Part shown: in pieces, positions 11,501 through 20,278 of the stretch
How positions within the stretch are numbered: position 1 is the stretch's first letter
Layout: every line of letters begins with the position of its first letter
IMG/VR virus record: IMGVR_UViG_3300027804_000052
Location: 34,865-98,864 of that record
DNA length: 64,000 nt
DNA from: a virus
Strand: one strand, 5' to 3'
Notes under the pieces: generated by a model
Told to the model about the DNA's origin: nothing
The model's database searches: none
The model's input: only the letters and a program-made list of their open reading frames with translations
Translations under genes and position numbers: made by a program

Positions 11501-14394
11501 TTACTCCAGTTCTAAAAATTTTTCAAGCTTACATTGATCCAAATGAAGATTATGGTAAGAGTAAAGATAAGTTTACTAAACTACTTGCACAAAATAGATC
11601 AGAAGGAAGTAGTGCAACAAACTTTATCGGCAAATGGGGTGAAGATGTTAGTGGTTTTTGGGACAAAAATATAGGACCACTTTTTACCGCTTTAGGCGAT
11701 TCTCTTAGCGGTTTAGTAAACCTGTTTAGAATGTCTATGATGCAGCTTGGTTATGGTCTTTCTCAGGTTGGGCAGATGTCCAAACAGGCAAACATTCTTA
11801 ATAAAGTTTTAAATGATTCAATTTATTATTCATTAGGCAGACCAGGATCTCTTTTAAGGGCAGTGGATAATCCATTTACTAGAGAGTACGCAGAACCCGT
11901 TATTGAAATTAGACAACCTTTCCAAAGAGTTCATTACTTAAGTTCTTTCTCGCATATTTTAGCAAATGGGATAACAGAAAATCTTAATGGCGTTGCAACA
12001 ATGGTTACTGCAGTATCAGATGGCAAGTATCCTGTAACCGTTGCTATGGATAAGTCTGCTCCAGCAGAAAGGCAAGTTGAAAAAACTGTTGAAACTGGTC
12101 TATTCTTTGATAATGCTACAGGTTCTGGATTATTTGGAGCACTTCATCCAATACTTCATCCATTTGAGTTTGCTAGAGGAATCTCAAAATTTGCTCAAGG
12201 AACTCCAGATGAAATGCTTGCAAGAAGAGTGGCTTTGGCGCATTTGAAAGATTCGCTAAAGGATATATACACGGGCGAAATAGTTATCATAGGAAATGCT
12301 GACATAAGACCTCACGATCTTGTTTATTTGGCAGATGTGTATGAAAGAATGTATGGTATGTTTGAGGTCGAACAGGTTGTACACCACTTTACGTCTGAAT
12401 TAGGTTTTGTTACTTCAATAACGCCAAATGCATTAGTTACAGTTAATGATCCAGCAAAATGGTTTATGTCATCTTGGATTGGAACATGGATGCATATGCA
12501 GTCATTAAGAAATGACACAAGGCTTTACATGAGTTCTCTTGGTTCGGGGATAAATTCTATGTCTCAGATTAGCGTTGATGGACTAGCTGATTCTCTCCAA
12601 ACACAAATGGTTGGAGGAATTCAGTTTACACACGGAGCTGCAGCTTTAACAAAAGATATTATGGCTCATTTTAGTTCTGAAGGAATTAATGATATTAACA
12701 CTCAAGTAAAAGGTCTTGTTGCGCAAGGTTCAGCAGCAGCTTCTGGGCAAATTGCCCTTGGAGGAATGGGGGCAATGTGGGCTGGAGCTACAGCATTGGG
12801 AGCAAGCGCAGTCGGCATAGCTTCTATGGCCATACCGGGAGCGGGCGCTTTGGTAAAGGGACTTTCACTTGGCCTTGGAGCTGGTGTTGGGGGAAATCTG
12901 GCCTGGAAAGGCTGGAGCTGGATGAGAGATAACGTTCTCGACCAGCACGGATGCTATATTCAGTATCTTAATAAAAACGGTAAAGCAATGGACTCTGGTC
13001 TAGGGCTAAGCGGTCAAGGCATGGTAGTTGGAAGGTATCATACAAAGAAGCTTCTTCCTGGAATTCTTGGCGTGTCTTCAAAGATTAAGACCGCAGAAGG
13101 TTATTCCTATATTAGGACAAATGATTTACTTTCTAAATTGGGATGGAAAGAAAAAGAAATTAACGATTTAGTAAGATATATTGACTTCGAAAATGCTTTA
13201 GTTAATACTCAGGTTTTAAAATATTCTGGAATAGGACCAGAAAAAGCTGGATTAAATAGATTCTTTAAAGTCATATGCAAGGTTGAAGAAATTATAGACG
13301 GTGATACTATAAATGTTGTTGACCTTTTAGATACATCTGGTAAAAAGTTTAAAATAAGATTTGATGGAATAAACACACCAGAAATAAATGTTATTTCAAC
13401 AGATATTCACACAAGCGGAAAAACTGCAAATATTACAAATGTTTCAATTAATTCTAAAAAAGCAACAATTACAACAGAGGCTAACCATAATTTTGGTGTA
13501 GATGAGATTTGCGTTATCGCAATAGATAATCCTGGTGGATTCTATATTTTAAACAGTTCTGCAAAGATTGAAGCAACACCAACGCCTAATACATTTGTAA
13601 TTGCTACGAGCCTCCCAGATAACAGCGCTGCAAAAACAGGAAAAGTTAGAGTATACGCAAGAAATTCTGGTGAGTTTGTGAACTCTTCATCTCCAGGTGG
13701 CAAAGCAAAGATGTTTACTAGAAATGCATTAAAGGATAAAATATTTGTTCTTAGAGTTTCTCCAGAAAATGTAACAGCTTCTTTTACTGAAAATGATTTT
13801 GAAGCCGGTTCAGCGAAATCGATAGAAAGAAGACTAATAAATGGAGAACCAGTTCCAGTGTATTATGATAAAGACGTATATGGAGAAAGAGTTTTGGGAG
13901 TTATTTTTTATAAAACACCAACTCAAGCATTAGAAACAATAATAAGAGAAGCAAATTCTTTGTTTGATAAATATAAGAAAGCCTCTTCCGCTGATCTATT
14001 GGCACAGCTTGCTTCAAGTTTTTCTCCAGGAGTATTTTCTGATAGATACTCCGATCTTACTTCAAAAGCTAAAGATATTAATAAAACTGATTACTTTACA
14101 CAGTACGCAAGTTCAACAATACAAGGCGTATCGGCAACAATGAAACAAACATACAATGCTTATATTACCCTTAGGCTTACGGAATATATTTATGAAAGAG
14201 TCTCTGAATGGCCAAATGTCGAATGGGACGAGTACTATGATGACGGAACCCCAGTATCTTTAAACTGGGAACTAGTTGTCAACAATTTAGCTAAGGTATA
14301 CACAGCTAATATGCGTATTGAGCAGCCATCCGTAATAGATTCTTACGAAAATGCTGCTATTCCAAGCCAAGTTACAGTTAATAGGAATAATTAA
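2578..14394 (+). CDS. giant (3938 aa) baseplate hub-like virion protein with a C-terminal thermonuclease (SNase)-like domain
   Basis: Hub/gpD-like motifs RLKPGVRVHLRGGYG...IFNGTITSVENG (~7410-7560) and GEIVIIGNADIRPHDLVYL...GMFEVEQVVHHF..GFVTSITP (~12270-12430). SNase motifs IIDGDTI, IRFDGINTPE and DVYGERVLG (~13280-13900). Confidence 0.65.
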   Translation: MAETSTQTLVTPFMKELTVQKYNAIVSDVNTLLEVASAGLKELKRVIYADSSSDFKKSFDNKNDKNNVNFYLWPTLISGYTDSLYVQIRPGKQKTSEEIIKIYDKYFKLLFEAGSGSSYTYNNKKYNPPQYPVSENGILQIDDQYYKSSYSQYKNVKTQDSYGAAAIADYMFRAFLDREKFTDQQAETYLTSASKMLSDKILNNTQLMSSSYYLSVMTVPGAIGRLRAIKDKLQNYTVGENDFNSNPESDTADRGNTSQLESQFNGMLATADVLFDIEEYIIRKIPSSLYRNEEYKDNIKSSFYRSFIKNGEVQVSSNDKYFKNIWNRIKTSGLLDLAVSAASIGEFAKKRFSVGNNLLDPELGSSRQALDPVKDTIWLNDLVIVTQNLSRDPLTLAIVQSYFPNLSTLFFNASAAAADYSGGSEDDPINNIDELAKSLLRAFGTDKDGKPIFKPAWELINTGQRIKSALEAFPFRENISPKTPDIFHLRLGASNFYVPPVSINVSSQFKTGSLTSGAIRQKNSPKFNAGYKETTISVKLFFPNYEEIWGLSIDGIKDVTLNKDFKIDFKEAGNEEKIDKFLSSLRGLVASFKYAPILPIKSHYLNTVHGISGVALSSMSISTIPNYPFALVVDLELLNFNHKPFLPMIKDFNQAVHWGKFRHYMGKAAGSLHSYINESFLLPKPEDDAFDPQFSDLPGDRAVEVLSNSQDNNSMELDLITDPYKDDVLTTNVIKEYTNGNNISLFIPERIQTKIFTPDSSSFRSDEERLLDDTGQSMWDSLLKMMGIDINQSAGYHRSLNSVVQTSIEGSVSPSARRIVLESIELITAGIGKDTINEKVYDFFAKAFVAENKSNLTQQEIDYVLKDPNNPPTQDYITTATTFKYKGKDLKMGENNYSLKDVRNLFTQASTSTEETLNKLAQEEAERKANTTGRPVEDFVDQAKEDIARAFNVLVYNRFFKSGPIKELMEAKRLRQANYQFNEWEVPMFKVDLDPKAVIVNGVSVTLGNNLAKLQLQMQEEPTYQHIGGKDSYINISMTVFGEKELIKLRKVFEHINGLARIEHSTGVIGFMGIKNIVAALAGIKYVMPLSYEVNTIPNFPHVYDVRMSLVDFDIFQQQRETLSSKQQKDMIETFGTKRNPFLRIKQLWGAFNAYPDFPLSVKDSNGEVVGCLDPDYYFRSFEMFDDDIIEHLAPQQEKMKSFTVTPKQLNSQSTTEQQKNTNKILNDIKTMVQNNELKQLKEYFDKEQIGLLEASAYVEGAVREFFKGQKKNLLIDFIKEYPDVDDKTAVFGLTASLGSGSIKFNTAVGDLSYSDSSATQQIQNILETKDLVISEDGYLSIDPDELTIHHTITYIPAEENPSDDKMPAFLYHANGYHLGYVSKSNNRFYFTIDGVRPTKANSGDDTDGKINFVPIAVPFTDADDPSKTYKKGEGSAHIDSLKGAGSNLADFSDPYSGSSSDSPEVMSTQAANSNVAKHWERMLIDTKYRDISGRMIRAFPTYMLWLIDEGGYFSGVKLFDNFYGLQSIIDFSVVQSEDILGDTLILRVSNMYSKLTTAESTRIFDAEEEFQNEQLTQLDGIESVLDKALNRARNMVGHMENTYVVDINSIRLKPGVRVHLRGGYGANPNSLQTIFNGTITSVENGEIVTITAQSDAIELSPIVNSTNKKGDSGKIDGGINTGFWLSEPRDLMVRLLTMGSSRTREAIAHATRGRIFSENKFGIRHFGQILYEPLNDLEAAKNEAVVSQVKGIFDSLGEANGKTFGIGSAINVLATGGDQESVFGVGPEVRSGSISLMRTLWANFSSQRDFEIFKRNIYPGNGTGIAQFLGGDLGDGWSTVASITPEDKPNERLNYIGRLTDYSWNEMTANAGSGVSAGNTDAKNLIDANGQQNEVRNNNNSAGFAKVALSGAVAAAGIAVTGGLGAPIIGGILAGGGLAGVLSGRGGTNLFNAMGITSGLDDDLPGLDEVSFRAQTYMRTVWDLFQMCARLLPNYIVAVRPFEDRSTVFYGKPHWLYTSGVVPLTTGYPGTKRAEELGISSPKELDIDTVLENTMKELNKNSNPMADASAFTQADSSLISIEDTLSQQMTTTEGGVFIPADKLRDNAGKSRVIAFGYKSTMEYRDNSGNAIAQIPESFGFATVGFHLPISTEDSTQITLDENQLKNHKQIDQLPLRYRFPFFTDRDDKVVLEDFAYYALADQLGKWENHKADYMTLAIDRWSYNEVGGTKEETRWVTLLKLESERYAGVSNTVDYSAVENANGIPLALKLNASGMPSFKGTETQIADTYIFQEKLGATSGSSVIRMPLPDNPGLILDSSETRADVYNILKNNPDFNSNAAGLRDWKAPKTPEDEQFYIAMRWPYKPSDGFSNESIEQFIQSQGGYVPVGNAKSYQERKVMVYSPSTGKAVVCRPAYYLWGQETVRIASPYDNTVENGNSTVFSTDKFGNTVRSKLDTGSHFGVGGTNALQLGKEAHLSAVVSPDAAYYLGMLNLTQSEKTFWSDGRSSKSEGDWHGAEDSIQITAATGIAPFPIPRKCYYAFVPDDMPVGVVPDIVLPVDEFAAPGEEVVHEFGGDKKIISFGVFKGKRLTRVNQSYSPTAPSDGDAFFEFRLADSVDIVDAINSIGKLEIAGNILGENGEFGPGTKDYFDLVKNGNYEDLDNLKNVLKEEKKDRSSFAGKRFSPIFDEAEPKSVEARKFYDEDYSQEVSVIAGNGRTLQQAIEIWDQFRSGYHTYAKVKEAFQRAYGLPADGPESEQEIGSYLSAGFGLASKLGDQGVTTGNQSGRQYIDNLEKRYSTQNADSQESTAATNKSVNNLFKNYGDSGGTAEDEFSLLFGDRFLDSPDVQGPALQNGQAVYAQKIVSEKTRQGLETARKSFIDNPDSSVGLISYFNDLLNDKLDKILGIIRESLTLSGVSEKEDQDQYIASIKTSRQLFLFMVGAFRNRMWSDPYARAWLVLKPNRKFAGDDNWDFTPVLKIFQAYIDPNEDYGKSKDKFTKLLAQNRSEGSSATNFIGKWGEDVSGFWDKNIGPLFTALGDSLSGLVNLFRMSMMQLGYGLSQVGQMSKQANILNKVLNDSIYYSLGRPGSLLRAVDNPFTREYAEPVIEIRQPFQRVHYLSSFSHILANGITENLNGVATMVTAVSDGKYPVTVAMDKSAPAERQVEKTVETGLFFDNATGSGLFGALHPILHPFEFARGISKFAQGTPDEMLARRVALAHLKDSLKDIYTGEIVIIGNADIRPHDLVYLADVYERMYGMFEVEQVVHHFTSELGFVTSITPNALVTVNDPAKWFMSSWIGTWMHMQSLRNDTRLYMSSLGSGINSMSQISVDGLADSLQTQMVGGIQFTHGAAALTKDIMAHFSSEGINDINTQVKGLVAQGSAAASGQIALGGMGAMWAGATALGASAVGIASMAIPGAGALVKGLSLGLGAGVGGNLAWKGWSWMRDNVLDQHGCYIQYLNKNGKAMDSGLGLSGQGMVVGRYHTKKLLPGILGVSSKIKTAEGYSYIRTNDLLSKLGWKEKEINDLVRYIDFENALVNTQVLKYSGIGPEKAGLNRFFKVICKVEEIIDGDTINVVDLLDTSGKKFKIRFDGINTPEINVISTDIHTSGKTANITNVSINSKKATITTEANHNFGVDEICVIAIDNPGGFYILNSSAKIEATPTPNTFVIATSLPDNSAAKTGKVRVYARNSGEFVNSSSPGGKAKMFTRNALKDKIFVLRVSPENVTASFTENDFEAGSAKSIERRLINGEPVPVYYDKDVYGERVLGVIFYKTPTQALETIIREANSLFDKYKKASSADLLAQLASSFSPGVFSDRYSDLTSKAKDINKTDYFTQYASSTIQGVSATMKQTYNAYITLRLTEYIYERVSEWPNVEWDEYYDDGTPVSLNWELVVNNLAKVYTANMRIEQPSVIDSYENAAIPSQVTVNRNN

Positions 14395-14396
14395 AA

Positions 14397-16446
14397 ATGC
14401 CAGACTTTAATTATAATATCGATGACCTGTCAGATACTTCAGCTTTAGCAAGTAAAACTTCTAACGCTTTCTATCCATCTGGGCAGCCTTTAAAAACTAG
14501 TTATTCTGTTTCCGGCGACGTAAATAGAACCTTAACTCAAAGAGATTTGCAAGGCGTCCTGTCACGGAGATGCTCTATATAGATCTCCAAACTTTGCTCT
14601 CCAGGTGTCAAACAATAATGCTCAGTCAAGTATAAATTCAATACTTACATCAATTGGTGGCCCTGATGCAAATAACCTTGAGATACAAGATCCCAATAGC
14701 CAAGACGAAAATGCAAAACTAACAGGATCTGCAGCTGCTAAACTAATTGTGTCTAAAAGTTCACTTGGAAAACAATCTCTTTCTTTTGGTACTAGAAACT
14801 TTTTGGCTGAATTAGAAAACTCTATAACCCAAGGTTCTGGTACGTCTGGTTCAAATCACCAGGATAGTTCAGATTTTCCATTTGACCCAACAAACGGTGG
14901 TCAATCTGAAGTTCGACCAGTAACAATTAAACAAAGTCTTTCTTCAGAAGAAGCAAAAATATTTGACGATAAGATCACAGAACTAACAAGTAAACGAATT
15001 GTTTCTGCAGCGAATGTTCCATATAAAGCCAATTTTCCACAAACAAATGTTAGCCTTAAGGCAACTGCAGCAAGAGATATGGCCGATTACGTAAGTGCAG
15101 CAGATTTTAACTTTGCTAGTTTTAATGGTCAAACTGTTCTACCATGTGCATCGTTAATAGAACTTTTATTAATTCTTGATTCAAAGATATCTCTTAGAGG
15201 AGACTTTTCTTTAGCCAGGGGATCTTCAAATGGATCACCAGTTGATCTAGTTGCTGGTGGAAAACAAATAACAGCTGGAGCTACTCTTAACGACCATAGC
15301 ACTGGTAGGGGTATCGACATTGGAACCATAGGCCCCAACGATACTGAACTATATTCAACGTGGAATAAAAATATTGACGTAAATCGCAAAGCATTTACTT
15401 TACTTTTAGATACTTTAAACTCAATTGAAGATTCTTTCCTGCCAGACTTAATTGTATTTGATGATAGATTAGCAGATGAATATGGAATGGTTAGCGGAAT
15501 GTTCGAAATAGATAATAAAGCCGCAAATAAAAATGCAATCTTACAAAAAAAATATCCTAGTTTAAGAAAGATAAATTTTCATCCAGATGCTGGCCATAGA
15601 GACCACTTTCATATAGCTTTTTCTCCTCAAAGAGCTGGTACTTATAAAGATTACTATGAATACACTGGCTCTCCTGATGGGGGTAGTGGCGACTTTGAGG
15701 GTGTTGCCGGCGGTGATGCGGGCTCCAGTCCTGAATTATTTATATCTTTTATCAATAGTCAAGAAAAGGTCTCTAACACAAATGCTTTATATAAAGCTTT
15801 GATTGATTACGGTGGATTTAGACCAGAAAGCGCTGCAATATTTATGATGATTGCAGAAAGAGAGTCTAGATGGGGAGTTGGATCCTTTAACGGTAACCTG
15901 GGAACGGGTGATTATTCAATTGGTTTATGGCAGACAAATTTCCTTACTAACAATGGAGTTTTTTTGGATAAAACGATAGACGTACCTATCTCAACGCGAG
16001 GCGGTTTAATAAAGAAAAGATATAAAGGATATCAACTTTTATTTAAAGATCATAAAACATTGGAAATAAAAAATAAAACAACCGCTCTTGTAAAAATGAC
16101 AGAACTTGGTACAACTGGAAAGCCATATTCAGATCCCACAATGTGGACAGCCGTTGCTCAAATAGCAATATTAAAAATGCAGATAGATGGCTATATTAAC
16201 AATAGAGGTTTAAATAGAAGAGGCTGGTATTACACACCCTGGGGTGAATACAGCGGAGGACCTGCTTATGGTTGGATAACTAAATTAAAGTTTAAAACAG
16301 CAGTAGAATTTTATGTAAAAAATAATCCTGGAAAAACAGAAGAAGACTTAAAAAAACATTGTGAACCATTTATTGGCAATATGGAAATTCCAGCAGGGAA
16401 AGCCGTGTATCAACAATGGCTTAACGGACAGGTTTTTGGTGAATAA
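14397..16446 (+). CDS. tail-associated peptidoglycan hydrolase (M15-like Zn peptidase plus lysozyme/SLT-like domain); needs +1 recoding at CGGA 14565-14568, 682 aa joined
   Basis: Joins ORFs 14397..14582 and 14605..16446 via TCA-CGGA-GAT. Motifs NDHSTGRGIDI and GHRDHFHI (M15-like) and IAERESRW...YSIGLWQTN (SLT-like). Confidence 0.7.
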
Positions 16447-16803
16447 TGATATACCCTAAGTTTGACCAAAAGATTAATGACCAAATTCAATCTTCGCGTA
16501 TGCAGCAAGCGAAGACTAGAATGGCCACTGTAGCATCATATGATAGAATTAATAACACTTTAAATTTAATTATGGAATCTCATTATTCTGATACTATTGG
16601 AAATATCGTTAGCGATGTCCCATGCCCCAGCGTTTATCGGAATTCAATCTGTTGCTCCAGAACCAGGGGATAGATGCATAGTTGGTTTTAGTGATGAAAA
16701 CGAAAGATTTCCTTATATAGTTAATTTTGTCAACGATTATGCTAACGAAAGATTAATTAACAGCTCTATAGCAAATACTGGAATACCAAGGTACATGATT
16801 TAA
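16446..16803 (+). CDS. baseplate spike gpV/Gp138-like OB-fold protein; needs +1 recoding at CGGA 16638-16641, 118 aa joined
   Basis: Joined sequence ATVASYD...SDVPCPSVY-G-IQSVAPEPGDRCIVGFSDENERFPYIV matches the gpV OB-fold pattern P.xGD.V.V.F...P.I. Confidence 0.7.
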
Positions 16804-16804
16804 A

Positions 16805-17458
16805 ATGGTTAATAAAAAAATATTAGAAAATAATATAACTAAAAATATAGACAACTTTAATGAAGCTGAAGAACTAAGAAGAAGATCTACGTTCTCTAGA
16901 AGAGAAGTTGGGTTGACTCACCCGGATACTAGCGCTTTCGTAAGGCTTAATGATATGGGTGAGGTAGAGATTTTTGCCGGGGAAGAACTTGGCATAATAA
17001 TCAGTCCAACCACTAGGTCAATTTCTATATTTGCTGATGTGGTTAAAATTGTTACCAAAGAAGATTATGGGCTTCGATGGAATAATATGAGTTTTAATTA
17101 TTCTGGAGATGAATTCAATGAGCCATCTTTGGTTAAGACTAGCGAAAAAGAGATCAACTCGGGCTTTAATTATGCCAATTATTACCTAGAGGCGCTTGAC
17201 GATTTTGAGGTTTTGGATAAAGAAACCAACGTTGTTACTATTAGTGGTGAGTATGGTTTTTCTAAAAATCCAGTTGATTCAGAAGGTAGATCAGCAGCTG
17301 TGATTTCAGGAAAAATATCAGATGAAGATTACGCTCTTTTAAAAGAGTATGGTTATACAAATTCTCAGGAAAAAGTAGACTATATGAGAAAGCTTCTTGA
17401 GTCTGGTTTTACATTTAGTCAAGCTAGAGAAAAAACGATAAGGGATAAAGGTGTCTGA
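16805..17458 (+). CDS. baseplate-region hypothetical protein
   Basis: 217-aa ORF within the baseplate operon. Confidence 0.6.
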   Translation: MVNKKILENNITKNIDNFNEAEELRRRSTFSRREVGLTHPDTSAFVRLNDMGEVEIFAGEELGIIISPTTRSISIFADVVKIVTKEDYGLRWNNMSFNYSGDEFNEPSLVKTSEKEINSGFNYANYYLEALDDFEVLDKETNVVTISGEYGFSKNPVDSEGRSAAVISGKISDEDYALLKEYGYTNSQEKVDYMRKLLESGFTFSQAREKTIRDKGV

Positions 17459-17831
17459 TTTATTTTTAACAATGGATGGCGATTTGCTATTAAATGGTAA
17501 TAAAGATATATCTAGAGTTAATAACTCCATGCAGAACGATATCCAACAGGTTTACATTAGGTTAATGACAGAGCCTGGCGATTTTTACGCTTACCCAAGT
17601 CTTGGGCTAGATTTATCTATTCTATATGGTATGCCTCAAACTAAGTCAACCGGTGATACGGGAAGAAGATTAATTATAGCTGCTCTTGAAAGAGAAGGAA
17701 TTTTTAAAGGTAAAAACATTTCAATAGAAGCAATCCCCACCAGTGCAGACACAATTAGATTTGATATCCATATTCAATCCGGATCTTCAAATCCTGTTAC
17801 TTTAAGTATTAAGCAAAATCTAGGAGCATAA
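17451..17831 (+). CDS. baseplate wedge protein, gp25/GPW-like
   Basis: 126 aa with RLMTEPGDFYAYPSLG (gp25-like RL.T..G....P.yG), directly upstream of baseplate J. Confidence 0.75.
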   Translation: MSDLFLTMDGDLLLNGNKDISRVNNSMQNDIQQVYIRLMTEPGDFYAYPSLGLDLSILYGMPQTKSTGDTGRRLIIAALEREGIFKGKNISIEAIPTSADTIRFDIHIQSGSSNPVTLSIKQNLGA

Positions 17832-19001
17832 ATGCCAACAATAAATACAAAAACAAAAGAAGAAATAATAGTTAGAATCTTAAACGCCCTAGAACAAAAT
17901 GCTAATATTACAGCAACATCTCCTGGATCTGTTGCAAGAGCTTTTGCAGACTCCTTTGGCACAGAGGTGTTTTATCTTTATGAATCATTTAAAGAAGCTG
18001 TTAGTCAATCTAGTCTTTCAACTGCATCCGGCAGAGGTCTTGATTTAATTGGTGAAATGTATAATGTAAAAAGAAAAACATTATCTGAGCAGTTAGTATA
18101 TGAAAGAACTACGGCAAATATTGAATTTATTCTAGACAAACCTTACGTCTCTGATGTCATAATTCCCAAAGGCACTCTTGTGTATAATGATGTCGGATCC
18201 TATAACTCTACCCAATATTCATATAAGGTTGTAAATGATGTTGTCATTCTAGCTGGAGTAACAAAAGCGTACGGAATAGTCGTTCCAAACTTTCAGTCAA
18301 ATGACCACGTTGCTTCAGTAGGTTCATTGACCAGGCATAATTATATTGGTCCAGCTGGAGTTATTGTGTTTTGTTCAAACCCAAAAGAAATTTACCCAGT
18401 CGTCAACGCTGAATCAGACGATAATTACAGAAGAAGAATTCTGTCAGCAGTAAAAGTTAGTGCAACGGGTACTGTTGAGGCTTTAAGATTTTCAGCCCTT
18501 GCGGTTAATGGGGTTAGAGATATTAGAATTAGAGAAGCATCTTACGGCATAGGTTCTTGTGAAATTATTATAATTCCAGAAGTTCCAGGAAGAATTGGAA
18601 ATCTTCCAACTCTTGTTAACGCAGCAATATCACAAATAAGACCTTTGGGCATAAGAATAAACACTTCTATTGCTAACGCCCTTCCAGTAAGCGTAGAGGC
18701 TACAATTACTCTTCCTTACGGAACAGCACAAAATCTTAGAAATGGCATACAGAATCAAGCTTCAGTTTTTGTAAAGAGATATTTAAATTCACTTACAGTT
18801 GGAGATACAATGTCTGTTCAAGAAATAGAAAGACAAATTAGAATATCATCCGATTTAATCAGGAGTATTAGTTTAACCAACATTAGCGCACAGGGTACGC
18901 CAATTAACAGAAAAGATTTTAGAGCACAAACTGAAAGAGATTACATAGTTGCTGGCGATATCTCTATAAACTCTGTTATAATTGGTTTGTCTAACTACTA
19001 A
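17832..19001 (+). CDS. baseplate J-like protein
   Basis: PGSVARAF, STASGRGLDLIG, IPKGTLV and AESDDNYRRRIL are typical baseplate J motifs. Confidence 0.85.
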   Translation: MPTINTKTKEEIIVRILNALEQNANITATSPGSVARAFADSFGTEVFYLYESFKEAVSQSSLSTASGRGLDLIGEMYNVKRKTLSEQLVYERTTANIEFILDKPYVSDVIIPKGTLVYNDVGSYNSTQYSYKVVNDVVILAGVTKAYGIVVPNFQSNDHVASVGSLTRHNYIGPAGVIVFCSNPKEIYPVVNAESDDNYRRRILSAVKVSATGTVEALRFSALAVNGVRDIRIREASYGIGSCEIIIIPEVPGRIGNLPTLVNAAISQIRPLGIRINTSIANALPVSVEATITLPYGTAQNLRNGIQNQASVFVKRYLNSLTVGDTMSVQEIERQIRISSDLIRSISLTNISAQGTPINRKDFRAQTERDYIVAGDISINSVIIGLSNY

Positions 19002-19017
19002 AAGGTTGGTTTTATAA

Positions 19018-20259
19018 ATGAGTGAAAAATATTTCCTCTTGACGAGTAAGCATATCGTCAAAGCTCCCAATATGACGCAGGCCAAATTGGCGATAGAGGG
19101 TGAATCAGATTTTGTTGGAGAAGTTCTTAAACAAAATGTAGATATTAATGAAGTTTCTGACTCTGAAGCTGACAAATATGTTGGCTTTTCCGAGTTGAAT
19201 AAAAGCGATTTAAGATACGAAACAAGAGTTTCTGTCGACGAAGATGAGGAAGCTGATACTTTTGATAATAAATTTGATTTTATTAGATCAGAAAACAGAA
19301 GATTAGCTAAGTTAGCTGAAAAAAACAAAAATGTAAAAGAAGAAGCAATCTTAGCAGTCTACGAGGCTGCCTACGACGCATTTAGCAATTTTGAATTACC
19401 ACCAGTTCAAGTTAAGTCTATTACTGGAAGTAAGCGTGGTGCCCCTGAGACGGCCGTAGCCGTGCTTGGAGACTGGCAGCTAGGTAAAATCACACCAACT
19501 TATAATTCCGATGTACTGGCGCAAAGAATGGACCAGTACGCTGAAAAGCTAATAGAAATTACAAACATACAAAGAACTCATCATAATGTAGATAATCTTC
19601 ATGTTTGGCTTTTGGGCGATATTGTTGAAGGTGAAGAAATCTTTCCTGGCCAAAGCCATTTGATTGACTCTGGCCTCTATAGGCAGGTTGGAATTAACGG
19701 TCCAGAAATCTTGGGTAATTTTTTAAGAACTGCCCTAGAAAACTTTAAACATGTTCACGTTACTGGCGTAATAGGAAACCATGGAGCTGTAGGCGGAAGA
19801 GCTAGAAAGCAGCACGATCCAGAAACTAACATGGATCGCCTTTTGTATAAGATTGTTGAATTAATATTTAAAAATGAACCTAGAATAACCTTTAATATTC
19901 CAGATGGAAAAGGCGAAAGAAATTTCTATGCCGTAGACACCATAGGAAACTATAGCACCATGCTCATACATGGTGATCAAATGCCTGCACCAAGCGCTAC
20001 CTATGGTTACTATAAGAAGGTAATGGGGTGGAAAGACGGAGCTATTCCTGAACATTTTGATGATGTATTCATGGGGCATTACCACCAACAGGCAAAGATG
20101 ACCATAGGTAGTAGTATTCTTAGAATTTCTGGATCACCAGAAAGCAACAATACATATGCTCAAGAGTATTTCTCTGCAATGAGTAGACCATGCCAGCACT
20201 TGATGTTCGTTCATCCAGAAAATGGTGTTACTTCAGAATACTCTATCTGGTTAGACTAA
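19018..20259 (+). CDS. calcineurin-like metallophosphoesterase with an extra N-terminal domain
   Basis: Motifs GDWQ, LGDIVEG, GNHG, HGD and GHYH. Confidence 0.8.
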   Translation: MSEKYFLLTSKHIVKAPNMTQAKLAIEGESDFVGEVLKQNVDINEVSDSEADKYVGFSELNKSDLRYETRVSVDEDEEADTFDNKFDFIRSENRRLAKLAEKNKNVKEEAILAVYEAAYDAFSNFELPPVQVKSITGSKRGAPETAVAVLGDWQLGKITPTYNSDVLAQRMDQYAEKLIEITNIQRTHHNVDNLHVWLLGDIVEGEEIFPGQSHLIDSGLYRQVGINGPEILGNFLRTALENFKHVHVTGVIGNHGAVGGRARKQHDPETNMDRLLYKIVELIFKNEPRITFNIPDGKGERNFYAVDTIGNYSTMLIHGDQMPAPSATYGYYKKVMGWKDGAIPEHFDDVFMGHYHQQAKMTIGSSILRISGSPESNNTYAQEYFSAMSRPCQHLMFVHPENGVTSEYSIWLD

Positions 20260-20278
20260 TCTAGGAAGGCATCTGTAG

